NCBI GenBank assembly: GCA_002189035.1
Contig: NEEC01000009.1
Location: forward strand, 248,001 to 312,000
Length of the DNA: 64,000 nucleotides
Direction of reading: 5' to 3'
From: Utricularia gibba
Taxonomy: Eukaryota > Plantae > Magnoliophyta
The translations under genes and the position numbers were made by a program. The notes under the pieces were generated by a model. It was given only the letters and a program-made list of their open reading frames with translations. It was not told the origin of the DNA and ran no database searches. This document shows, piece by piece, positions 35,676 through 48,229 of the stretch (position 1 is its first letter; each line of letters begins with the position of its first letter).

Positions 35676-38600
35676 TTAACTCTTACTGATGCCCATGCCC
35701 TGCACGTAGGACATGAATTTTGGGGACGGTAACAGCTTAGTCAGGGCATCAGTGACGTTTCTTTCTGTTTCTATCTTCACCAACTCAACTTCATTTCCTT
35801 CCAATGCCTCTCTGATCCAATGCCACCGCTGTTCTATGTGCTTAGTTCGAGCATGGAAGGTGGCATTTATGTTGAGCTGGATTGCACTTTGGCTGTCATA
35901 GAGTACAATCGGTTTTCTTTCCAAGAGACCTTTCTCGGTTAAGAACCTTCCTGTCCAGAGTGCATCTTTTAGAGCTTCAGCGAGTGCCATGTATTCTGAT
36001 TCTGTGGTTGACAATGCCACTGTTTTCTAAAGTTTTGAACTCCAAGTCACAGCACCTCCTCCCATAATGGTGATCGAACCTGTGGTCGATTTTCTGGTGT
36101 CCAGATCTCCTCCAAGGTCTGCATCTACGTATATCCTAGGAGATGTGTTGTCTGAACTATAGCATAGGCAGTATCCTTTGGTGCCCTTAAGATACCTCAT
36201 CAACCATTTGACACCCTCCCAATGCATTTTACCAGGATCAACTAAGAATTTGTTGAGGGTTCTTACAGCAAAGCTGATGTTTGGCCTTGTGCACACCATT
36301 AAGTACATGATTGATCCCACAACAGAGGCATAAGGTACCTTGGGCATCAGTTGTCTTTCCAAGTCGTCTCGAGTAGCCATTTCCTTTGAGAGCTTCAAAT
36401 GGCTTGGCAGGGGACAATTTACCGATTTTGATTCATCCAGACACAATCTTGTCAATATCTGATCTATGTAACTGCTCTGGGACAGTGCTATGATCCCTTT
36501 AGATCTGTTCCTACAGATGTTTATCCCCAGGATTTTCTTAGCCAGTCCTAGATCCTTCATACAGAACTCCCTTTCCATTGACTTCTTCAGCTCGATGATT
36601 TTGTATTTGCAGGGGCTTGCTACCAGCATATCATCGACATACAAGAGAAGGAACACATGATTACCTTTCCCATAGGTCTTCTAGTAAGCACATTGATCCC
36701 CTATGGTCTTGTGGAATCCATTGTTTATCATAAAGCTATCAAATTTCAAGTATCATTGCCTAGGGGCTTGTTTGAGCCCATAAAGACTTCTCTTCAATCT
36801 GCAAACAAGCTTTTCCTTTCCTGGTTCTACAAATCCTTCAACTTGATTCATGCAAATTTCTTCTACCAGGTCACCATGCAGGAAGGCAGTTTTTATATCT
36901 AGTTGTTCCAATTCCCAGTTGAAGCAAGTAGTGAGGGATAAGATGATCCTTACAGTGTTTAGTTTAACCACTGGAGAGAATATCTCCTCAAAGTCCAGTT
37001 CGCGTTGCTGTTTGAAGCCTTTTACTACTGCTCTTGCCTTGTACCTAATTGAATCATCTGAGTTTCGTTTGAGTTTGAAGATCCATCTGTTGTCCAATGC
37101 CTTTCTCCCAGCTGGAAGAACCACCAAGTCATATGTATCATTGGCCCAGATGGAATTCATTTCCTCATTCATAGCTTCCATTCATTTTTCTCTGTCTAAT
37201 GAACACATTGCCTCTATCACAGTTTCAGGTTCTCCTTCCTCTATCAATAGTTCATATTCATCAGTGGGGTATCTCGTAGAGGGGATTGGTCTTCTTTCTG
37301 ATCTTCTGAGGTCAATCTGTTCTCCTACAGAGTTCAGATTATTTTGTTGTATAGCTTGATCACAGTCCTAGGGAGCTCGGTTTGCAGATCATATGAGTAT
37401 CTTGCTTTAGACCTTAAGGGCAATGCAACTGATTGAGTCTCTTGTTCCACACAAATGTTCAGGATAGTATGATCTTAAAAAACTTGGCATCCCTTGATCT
37501 TAAAATCTTGTGTTCAATCGGATCCCAAAGTCTATATCCCATTTTATCCTCACCATATCCAAGCAGTATGCAAGGTTTGGATCGGTCATCAAGTTTTAGC
37601 CTATGTTCCTTTTGTATGTGTACATATGCTTTGCACCCAAATACCCTAAGGTAACTCCAATTCGGTTTCTTCCCTATCCATACTTCTTGAGGAGTCAGGA
37701 AGTTCAATGATGTTTTGGGGGACCGGTTGGAAAAAAAGCCGTCTTCAGGGCTTCTACCCATAATTGTTTTGGTAACTTGGCTATGTGTAGCATGCTTCTT
37801 ACTTTGTCCATGATAGTTTGGTTGAATCTCTCTACTATACCATTGTGTTCAGGGGTTTCAAGAGTGATTTTGATTTTCCTAATTCCCTTATTTTTGCAGT
37901 AATTTTCGAATTCATATGAGCAATGCTCACCACCATTATCTAATTTTAATTTCTTTAGCCGCTTGTCTGTTAATATTTCCAACAGCACGTGCAGTTCCTG
38001 AAAGCAAGCATATACATCACTCTTTCTGTGAATTGAGAAAACCCAGGCTTTCCTAGAGGCATCATCAATAAAACTGACGAAAAATTTTGCCCCTCCTGCT
38101 GATTCACACTCGAATGGCCCTCGAACGTCTGAAAACAGTGTGTTCAACAACTCATTGCTCTTACTGAACACTTTCTTAAATTCAGCCTTGTGATGTTTAC
38201 CAATCAAGTATTCCTCACATCTTGACTGATCAGATGGACATCTGTCGATGAGGTTCTGTTTCACCAGAAGATCCAAGCCTTTATTTGACAGGTGTCCCAT
38301 TCTTCTGTGCCACAAGTTGTACAAATTTTCTGAGAAACTAGCCACATGTATTTCATGAATTATAGGGGTCACCTATGTCTTGTACAGTGTCCTATCCACT
38401 TCTCCAGTTGCATAAACCATTGATCCTTTTATGAGTTTCCATTTTTTGTTTCCTAAAGAGCTCACATAGCCAGACTGATCCAGGTGGTTCACTGACATCA
38501 GATTCAACCGAATGTCAGGGATATATCTCACATCATTCAGGGTGAGTTTGAACCCATGGTTTGTTGTGATATGAATATCCCCAATGCCTGTAATGTTCGA

Positions 38601-39668
38601 AATGGCTGAGTTTCCCATCTTCACTTTTCCATAGTCACTCGGTTTGAAGTTAGACATGATCTCTTTACATGGTGTGGCGTGATAGCTTGCTGCAGAATCA
38701 ACCACCCATTTTGAATTAGTGATTCTCACATATTCTCTTGCTGTCTGAGAAACCATGATTCCATTATCTTCTGAGTGTGGAAGTAAGACCAGCAGCTCCT
38801 CTTCCAAGAGAGCAAGCGCTATGCCTGAGTTTTCACCCTTCTTCTGCCCTTGAGGATCACTTCTGGAGTATCCTTTTGGTTGAGTCCTTAGCCAGAATTT
38901 ACATTGTCTTTTCAAGTGTCCCACCTTCTTGCAATAGTGGCAGGTCCTTGATTCTTCAAAGGCTTTATTTCTATCAGGTTCTTGCACCCTTTTTTTTTTT
39001 TCCAGTCCTTTTTCTTGTTCTGGGATTTCTTGCCTTTCCATTTTCCCTTCTGTTCGGTGACAGCTAGAGTCCCTTTAATATCTAGGTTGGTGTCTTTCTT
39101 CCTCAGTTCTTCGTGTAGTAGTGAGTTCACCACAGAGTCATAGGTCAGTCCACCAGAAGTGTGTGTTAAGATGACCATCCTAACCTCCCATCTTGGTGGC
39201 AATGAGCGAAGCAATGTAATTGCCTGAGTCTTCATCCAAGTCCATACCTATGGATGTCATTTCATCCACCATGTCTTCAAACTTGCTAATGTGATCTGCC
39301 ATAGGTTCATCATCCTTGTACTTGAGACTTGAGAGTTTTTGATCCAGCAACATCTTGTTTTGAGCTGTGTAGGGACGAAAACTTTCTTCAATTTTCTTCC
39401 ACAACTCCTTTACATCTTCATGATCCCTAAATCTTTTCTAATATGCATTTTCGATGCAGAGTTGCATATACGCACAGGCTTTTAAGTGCAAAGTTTTCCA
39501 GTCTGCCTCACTAGTCTTTTCTGGTTTTTTCTTTCCTAGAATGACCGTATTCCAGAGGTCTTTGCAGATGAGTACAGCCTTCATCTTCATCCGCCACAGA
39601 GAGTAGTTCTGGGAATTCAGTTTAATCATCCCAAGGAAATCCTCCATTGACACAACCCAAGGAGGCAC
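35676..39668 (-). pseudogene. Copia gag-pol polyprotein, disrupted
   Basis: KLNSQNYSLWRMKM, zinc knuckle CHYCKKVGHLKRQC, WVVDSAAS, LWHRRMGH, FIDDASRK, QLDIKTAFLHG, LYVDDML, YVDADLGGD and RTKHI. Confidence 0.95.
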
Positions 39669-39714
39669 AATGATTGATTTTGTTTATCCAAAGAACACCG
39701 CTCTGATACCACCT

Positions 39715-40252
39715 TGTTGGGATCTTTGATAATTATCCACTGATTACATGAACCCAGAATTAATAATCATTCAAACCTGCATGTTTGGAAATGAAAGATG
39801 ATGGTAGAATGCATCAGATTTTAATGAGGAAACCCTTCTCAGGGAAAAACCTCGGGTGCTCCACACCAGGTAAGAAAATCCACTAACAACGGTAAAAAGG
39901 TGGAACAATCTCAGTTCCAAAGAACACAATCAGGAATCTGCAATCACAGCAAGATTCCAAGAATACTCCCCCAGGTAATAGAGAGAGTCTGTTGCAACCG
40001 AGTTACAACCCCACAGCACAAGTTCTTGCTCCTTCGATCAATCACCAGATCATCGTTGGAAGGGACGAGAGTCACTCCTTCATCTCCTCCTATTTTCCGG
40101 GTGCTTCTCAGCTTTGATCCCTCTGTTTTTCAGCTATTGTCACTTCATAACCGTCAACCGGTTATTTCTGGTGGGCCTTCAGTGGATGAGCCAGCTGGAC
40201 GTGGGCCAAGTAATTTATCTAGCCCATCATGAGGGAGACATGGCTCCCCACA
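39715..40252 (-). repeat. 5' LTR of the copia element (538 bp)
   Basis: Adjacent to the PBS; direct repeat of 35104-35640. Confidence 0.95.
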
Positions 40253-40605
40253 GTAGGAGAAGGGAAAAGAAAAGAACAATATCTGTACAAGGAAGATCAA
40301 GATTCCAGTTGACAATATTCAATGGAATTGGCAAAGGTGTCAATGGCTATCTTGTTTGCTTTCCTCAATCCTCTAGCATAAATAAGAGCGACAATGCAGA
40401 CAAAACCATTCATAATCTTGAATGATCAAATCCTTCTTCTTTGCTGCTGCAATGAATTAGTTTGCTCATTCCCTTCTTCATATCACAATCTGCGCACAAT
40501 TTTCATCTTCAAATATCGTGGCGACGTTGGTGTTCCAGAAGATGATATGCGTATCCAACAGAGGATCGTCTCAAGGACCACCAACAAAATTTTGGCTGTG
40601 TTTGG

Positions 40606-42783
40606 CTATGCTGATAGGATCCGCTCTCCTGATGCATGGATGCTTTGTTCATCGTCAGGATTCAGGTGTCCGTTTGCCTCAGCATCAGAAGTTGAGTGCA
40701 CGCTGTAAAGAACATACACCAACACTGATGCAGCAGAGAAAAACATGAATCGCAGGTAGGAAGGCTTATCCAATGAACCCAGTAGAAACATGTTAAGGAA
40801 AATGGATGTGAAAGGAATCCACGGCATCAAGGGGACTCCCCAATGTTCAGGCTTTCGAGCCTGTGGAACTGTTGAACGGAAGAGCTGCACAATGGCTACG
40901 GCAACGACTGAGGATATTGTGAGGATGTATGCTTTGGCTGATCCTGATGGAGCAAAATTCCAAAACAGGATAAATGTGAGGGAGATGAATGAGAAGGTGA
41001 TCAAGAACCAGAGTGTAGGCCATGGATTTGTAATTCCTATCACCACATAGCGCCTGAAAATCACCGCATTCGCCACCATGTAAAAGACAAACAGCGTTCC
41101 AATTGTCACAAGGTTGAGCAGGATGCTTAGTTCCGTAAACAGTGCAATTGCTGCTGTGCATATCCCTGCATGAAAAACTAGGAGGTATCAGTGAAGAACA
41201 AATGATTAATCAATTCATCAGCAATACTCCTATAGACCACTACTACATCAATCATTTAGTAAAATGCATCCACATTGCAGTGGCAGATCCTGCCAGAAAA
41301 AGGCAGATGGATAAAAGTGCAGTTTCCATACAGGTAAAGGAAGCTGATGGGACCAATAAACGCTCCCCATAAAAAGCCAAATGAATAAAACAACTAAAAA
41401 AGATGCATCAAAAAACAATTGACATACCCAGAAAAATAGAAGCATTTATGGGTGTTGAAGTGGACCGGTGGACCTTGGCGAACCACGGCGGGACCAAGCA
41501 CGATCTTCCAATTACACACATGTACCGAGATTGGCCCACCATTGACACCAACAAGGAGGTGAAAATACCGAAACTTGCTCCGATCCCAATAACATTTGAA
41601 ACCCATTTCCACGCCGGCGAACCTTGATCAAATGCGCCTGAGAAGGGAGCTTCTGGGTCAATCTGCCATTGACGATTTCATCTAAGTGGACAAATGCGCT
41701 GTTATAAAAAGCATCGTAAAGTTTACGTGCCTTGTCATATGGAAGAAGTGCAGAAATCGATGCGGCCAAGAGACAATAAAGAACGGTGACCACGAGGACT
41801 GAACCGGAGACACCGATTGGAATATCCTTCACCGGGTTTTTGACTTCCTCCGCCATCGTCGATACGGCATCGTATCCGATAAAGCTCATATACACCATGG
41901 CCGCTCCATTCAAAACTCCGGCAACTCCGAAGGGAAAGAATCCTCCGGCTCCATTTGGATCTCCCGGTCTTACAAAATTGTTCACATCACCCCTCCAAAA
42001 TCCCATCAATATAATGAACGCTATCAAAAGAATGTGAACCGCTGTCAATGACATATTCAGCCATGAACTCTCCCTCACACTGCACCACAGCAGAAAGCGA
42101 GCCATAAGGCAAGTTGTTTTTTATAATGTAGAGTTCCTAAAACGGTGTGCATTTTATTAAAGAAATCGAAACCTGTAGCAAATGACGAGGGTAAGGAGGA
42201 GAACGACGCCGACTGCGATTGGGTCTAACTCGTTGAACCCACTTGGAAAACACGGCACGGCGAATCTGAGATGTACGTCGCTGGGCAACCCTAACGCAGT
42301 TCCCAAATAGGCTGTGAACCCACGCGCCACCGCGGCATTCGAGAGAACATAATCTACAATCAGATTCGAAGCTGTTACGAACGCAAGGAACTCTCCAAAA
42401 GTAACGCGGATATAACTGAAGGCGCCGCCGGAGACAGGCATATCAACGGCAAACTCGGTGTAGCAAAAGGCGGAGAAAAGAGCGCAGATCCCAGCAATGG
42501 CATAGGACAGAACAACTGCGGGTCCTGCAAATAGACGACTGGCTCTGCCAGTGGCCACGAAGACTCCAGCGCCGACCATACCTCCGATCCCCAACCCGAG
42601 GAGATCGTACCAACGCAGAGTCCGGTTCATCTCCTGGCCGGATCGCGCACGGAGGCGGCCGGTTTCTTCGAAAGAAGTCGAGACCGCGCAAGCGCGGCGG
42701 CGGATCCGCGTAGGCGTTTCGGAGAGTGCCCGGAGATACGAAGTGAAGGAGGAGAAAGTAGCCGCAGCAGGAAGATGCCCCAT
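40606..42783 (-). CDS. CAT6: Cationic amino acid transporter, CAT6/CAT7-like, multi-exon
   Basis: GLGIGGMVGAGVFVATG, CYTEFAVDMPVSGGAFSY, YMSFIGYDAVSTMAEEV and WGVPLMPWIP. Confidence 0.92.
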
Positions 42784-43438
42784 TTCGCGTGCTTTCTGTG
42801 TGTCCCCAAAATGCGGTTGTCGTGAACACAATACTTGGTGCTGGAGCACTCCTCTTCTTCTACTCGCCCTCGCCCGCTCAACTACACACTTATGAAAATG
42901 TGTTTTAGGCACGTGGTGTTATCTGAAAAATTAAGAATTCTCAAGCATTATGTGTTTTTTAATGATTAAAAATAATAAAAAAATGAAAGTTGCATATTTC
43001 ACATGTTTGCTGCATTTCTTTTTTGGAGTTCATGGTTCCACGCTACCACCTTTTCTTTTTCTATTCTTCATAGACGTGCTAATTTTTGGAATTGCATATT
43101 TCACATGTTTGATTAATTTTTTGTCAAATTTTTACAAGTGGAATTTGTGTTGACTTGATTTGATTTAATAAATAACCATTAAGATTCTTATGTATTATTA
43201 TATTTAAAGCTCACAAATTTACACCCCATGATTCATGTATCTATTCTTATGAATGTACAGTACTCACACCACATATGTGTTTAACATTGAGTGTGTTTAA
43301 CATGACCAAAAATGATATTTAGACAACCTTTGGAAAACCATTTAAATATTCTGAATCATCTACCTAATTCATTTCTATTAACCATGATTTTTTAAATCAT
43401 TTCAATTCTATAATAAGCTTTTGGAAAAACCAATTTTA

Positions 43439-43788
43439 GGGAGTGTTTGGTTGATAAAAATAATTAAATTTAAACAAATATAATCTAAACGGATTACAGT
43501 TGAGATTAATTTAGTGTTCGATTGATAGGATTATATAAGTTTACAGGTAGGATTATAAATTATAGGGCTTGAGTTTACATAAACTCGGAATTATGTGAAT
43601 TTTTTAATTACATATACATGAATTTATTTAAAACTACATTCTTTTTATTTTGTTTAATATACCATGTAATCCTAATTCTAATATCAATAACTAAATACAA
43701 TCTAAAAAAATAATCTATCTACATTATATTTATTTAAATCAAATAAAATTAAACTCTTTTTATTCTATCGTATCAACCAAATATTCAT
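43439..43788. mobile_element. Tourist-like (PIF/Harbinger-derived) MITE, ~350 bp
   Basis: TTA at 43436-43438 and 43789-43791. Left TIR GGGAGTGTTTGGTTGATA; right TIR TATCAACCAAATATTCAT (4 mismatches, 3 of them C>T). AT-rich non-coding interior. Confidence 0.75.
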
Positions 43789-45690
43789 TTAATTTCAGAT
43801 TTATTTAAAATAAATATCTTATAATTTATAATTTAACATTTAAACTCAGCTACTGATTTGAGAATCAACTATGAGGTATAAATTTATAATTATAATTTTA
43901 TTGTTTTTATAAAGAATTCTAGATGTGATCGTATCAGATTGGCCATCTTTGAAGCCATTTACCACCTAAGAGGTTGGGAATATACCATCGCCAGCCAAGC
44001 AAAATGTTTATTTAAATGATGATGATTTATATGCAGTATTAATAAAGGATAGGGACAACATCACCATGAGAGTTATTAAAAGCTACCAATTATAGTATTG
44101 CAAGTTCAATTTATAGGCAAAGTCATATGATTACTCATGTAACTTAATAAATAATAATGATGAGAGGAGTTTGGAAAACTTTGTAAGATGCAGAGTGGCA
44201 GAGGAGGGGTGAATGGTACAGCATCAAAGTAAGGAATTTTGTTGGTTTTAACTGTAAAGAAAGAGTAACGTTAGTGGTGTTAATGTTGTTGTCTGTTATA
44301 AAAAATATATTTCTTATGTTTCTATAAAATAAATATGATTATATGCTTATGTTATTTTCTTGTTAATTAGAATGGATTGTTCCTTATGTATTTGAGTTTT
44401 CTTCTTTTATTTTAATCATTTATGAGAAGAGTTGTGGATATAGATCATGACATATCGTTTCTCAAATAGAAATACGAATAAATATATTATTTATTATAAA
44501 AAGTTGTTTTCCATTTTTATATTTTAAAACATGAATCATTTTAATAAAGCTTATAGACCAAAATTTTTCATTTTTTTTTAAATTGAAGTGTGTGCATTTT
44601 CTTTTTCTTACAAGTGTTGTCCAGTTACCCACAATACTCATCGCATACAGTCCAATCCAGCAACTTGGCTGTAGACTTTGGAGGCACTTGGCCTACTCTC
44701 ATGCGCTGTGAAGGAAGGACCCGGAGTCCAAGGCAGTCTCGAATAAGACACCATCCATCCAAATGGATAAGAGCGAATCTTACGGGCGGTAATTGCAGTG
44801 ATGGAATAGACAACCGACAAGACATTCATTGGGTGGGGTGAGCTATGCACAAGTCGGTCAATTAATGGTGACACATGAACAATCCCTTGCCTGGAGATGC
44901 CACATAGAATGGGGTGATTTTCAGATGAAGGTATTTGTGGTTTTCAACAGAACAGTAGAAGAGCAATTCTAGTACTTCATCAGAAAAGCAGAAAATAAGA
45001 AAGGGCATTCATTTCATAGCTACCAAGTACAGAAATTCTTACTCAAAACCTGTGTACCAGGGATGCATTATGATGGTCTTACCTCTGGTCTGCACTTGTT
45101 TCAGTCTTTGGGAGTAAGGTGATGCAAATCTGAATCTGAACTGGCACAAGAGTCTTCATTTGGGCTATTCGCTAATGATAATCTATAACGCAATCTAAAA
45201 CATCTAGTACTATAAGCTGATCCTGCTGGTATCAATCCAGCCGCATAGAAACAGGTAAAAAAGATGAATCTTATTGAAGGAACATGATTTCACGAAGATA
45301 GGACCGAGCATGAAAACCTTGTAAGTCAAAACCCCGTCGACAAAGCATATGAAAATTTATATTTTGTTTCTCCTTTAGAAGTGTATCCATAACTCTCTCT
45401 CTCAAGTAAAGCGTGAGGGCAACCACTAGCATCTTTTACCCAGAACATTTTTGCACACAAGATAAAGTCTAGGGGATCAACAAGAAACCACAGAAATCAA
45501 CTTGACGCATAGATTAGATACCCTTTAAAGGGAATTCAGATCAGCCTCGAGTACAAAGGCAAACACAAACGCAGCTGATAGCATGTACAAGCAGACAGAA
45601 GCAAGACTATCCATGATGATAATGTAGTAGTTTTCACATTTATTTCCTAGATAGCCTTCAAGTGCGGATTCACCCCCCAAAGTGTTGCTC

Positions 45691-46186
45691 TCAACTCTTA
45701 CTTTCTCCAGAAGCCTGAATTTCACAGTGTGTAGAATTCTTCAAAATAAAAGCCTTAATGCAGTAAGAAAAAAAAAAATCCCCCTTCCATCACATTAACA
45801 TCACCTAGAACTTGAAGCACGACTTTTGGCAGTGCAGATTCATAGAAATATATGTATAAGAAAAATTCCATATGGAAGAATAACCTTGGCAGCTTTCTCT
45901 TTCTCAGCTTTCTCCATCTCTTGTTTCTTCTTTTGCTTCTCCAACCTCTCACGCTCCATTTTCTTAGCAACACATATTGAGAATCAATACACAAAAAGAG
46001 AACAATTCAAAACAAAAGACAAGCGAACTTTACCTGTATGTAGACGGTTTCCTTAGCGCGCTCTTCCTCACTAAGGACCCGACCTTTGCCGTCGCTGAAA
46101 TAGCGGAGATACGAAGCAGATGACCGCAAGTCCCGTTCCATCAAACTGCACAATCGACGGGTCGAGACAACAGATCTAATCGCCAT
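45691..46186 (-). CDS. IF1: Mitochondrial F1F0-ATPase inhibitor protein (IF1-like), 3 exons
   Basis: RYFSDGKGRVLSEEERAKETVYIQKMERERLEK; the last exon was inferred from the splice signal. Confidence 0.85.
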
Positions 46187-46321
46187 TGTTGTCTTCCAGA
46201 GAATTAAAAGCTGTAAAGTACTGAGTCAACGATCTTTTCTTCCTTCGCAAGATGATGGTGATCCTCTGGAGCGGCTTTTGGATAGAGTTTCCCTAGATGG
46301 ATCTTCCAGATGTCTCGCAGC

Positions 46322-46362
46322 ATTGGGCCCCTACACTTTAGGCCCATGTTACTAAAGCCCAT
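46322..46362. promoter_or_regulatory. Site II element cluster in the IF1/MMTAG2 bidirectional promoter
   Basis: TGGGCC, GGCCCA and AGCCCA within ~40 bp between divergent ATGs 325 bp apart. Confidence 0.65.
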
Positions 46363-46511
46363 TATAGCGACGGTACTGGTGGCGTCGGATCTCCCCTCCT
46401 TTGGAAACTAACACAACCCAAATATCTCCGTTACAATTTCTCTGCTACGTGAAGGACGATTGGGGTCGGAAATCGGACTCTCTTTGGGTAATTCAATCTT
46501 TGGGGAGAATC

Positions 46512-47980
46512 ATGTATCATCCTTCACGAGGGGGAGTCCGCGGTGGCCGTGATCGTGAGTGCTTTCGTTTTGTCTCATTTTTTTTTTTTTCCTAGCAAGC
46601 ATGATTAAAGATTAAGATTTCGCCGCGTAGTTGAAGTCGGTGTAAATTTGCTGTCTGGGGTTCCTTAGTCCTCTGTTCTTGTTTGTCAAATGTTTTCTTC
46701 CGCAAAGACGTTAAAAATTTGAAACCGTTGGTCATTTAGGTCTCCTGGTCACGTTTTTTTGCTTTACTGAATATTCATTAACATTTTTGGATCGTGTCTA
46801 AATTTCTGTGCAGAGTTTAGCTGGGACGATGTTAAAGTTGATAAACATAGAGAAAATTATTTAGGACATAGCATCAAGGCGCCTGTTGGAAGATGGCAAA
46901 AAGGTACATTTTCCTAGCCTTCCGCTCTTTGCTTTTTTAACTAGTTCCCTTTTCATACTTTACATCTGCAGTGTGTAGATGACATGCAGCGATAGCCATC
47001 TTGCTGTTGATTCTCTTTTATTTGTGTCAACTCCGATTCTATTAGCAGATCGTCTACACCTTTTGAGTGTCTATCATTCTCCACTATCAGAATATTTTTA
47101 AAGTTGGATGAATCTGTGATAGCATGCCCAGTAGGCTTGCATAGGACTAGCTGGAATTCTGCCATTAGGCTCCACCAGCAAATATTGGGATTGTAGTTTT
47201 GTAGATCATTTGAGATTTTAGATTATTTATTTTAGCTGACTTGTACTAAAAGTGGAAGGGCATGGATGAATATTGAACAGTAAAACCATGTTCGGAAATA
47301 TATCGAAATCGGGAAAAAACCTAGCTCATTGTTTCAACTCCTGTTCTGCCAGGGAAGGACCTCCATTGGTACACCCGAGATAAGAATGATAGCTCGCAGT
47401 CAGAGGCTCTTAAAGAGGAGATACGAAGAATCAAGGAAGAAGAGGAGCAAGCCATGAGAGAGGCTCTAGGGCTAGCTCCAAAGCGCTCCAAAAAATCTCA
47501 AGGGAGTCGTTTAGATAAGCATGAGTATGCTGAACTTGTGAAGCGGGGTTCTACGGCTGAAGACTTGGGAGCTGGCCATGCTGAAGCGGCTCATGTTGAA
47601 GGTCTCGGTTTCTCAGGGTATGGATATTGGACATATATATGCATTCTCTCGATAACATGGCACCTACCTCTTTCTGCCACGTTTTCTCATTGATTCACTG
47701 GTTCGTATTCTTCAGGAGCAATCGTTATTCTGCAGAATTGGGTCTTCCGTCTGGTCCGAAGGTCGAATCAGTCTTGAAAGGCAATGCCTCTATGCCAACG
47801 GCGAGTGCAAGGGATGATAAAAGGGTATCAGAAACCATCGAGAATGATAATAAGAAAAGAAGGCATGAGGAGAGGAGGCATGAGAAGGATTCCAACCGGG
47901 AGAAGAGACATCCCCAAGAGGGTGATGAGAAAAGGAAGCATAAGAGGCACAAGGAAAAAAGAAGGCACGATTCAGATTGA
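46512..47980 (+). CDS. MMTAG2: MMTAG2-like (kinase phosphorylation domain) protein, multi-exon
   Basis: [47 protein letters not shown] and REALGLAPK; K/R/H-rich C-terminus. Confidence 0.9.
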
Positions 47981-48229
47981 AATGCTCCCCGCTGCTCTTG
48001 TTTTATTAAGGGAAAACACATCGCAATTCCCCTCATGGTACCAGTCTTCATATTGTATGAATCAACTTCTTTTGTGGCTTACTGTATTTGCAGTAGTGAA
48101 ACCTTTTGATTATAAGTTTGAAAATATGAACTCCAAATCTAGGTAGCAGAAAATCAACCAAACTGCATCAAGGTGTTGCTTACAACTGCAGCATTCTATT
48201 AAATCATGCAATGGGAAACTTGTGGTTCA

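Larger units (their letters stand above)
35104..40252 (-). mobile_element. Full-length Ty1/copia LTR retrotransposon (Tork/Tnt1-like), decayed
   Basis: Paired LTRs with TG..CA ends; PBS TGGTATCAGAGC (39700-39711, tRNA-iMet); PPT near 35641-35652; TSD GGAGG (35099-35103) / GTAGG (40253-40257); gag-PR-INT-RT-RH order with stops and frameshifts. Confidence 0.97.
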
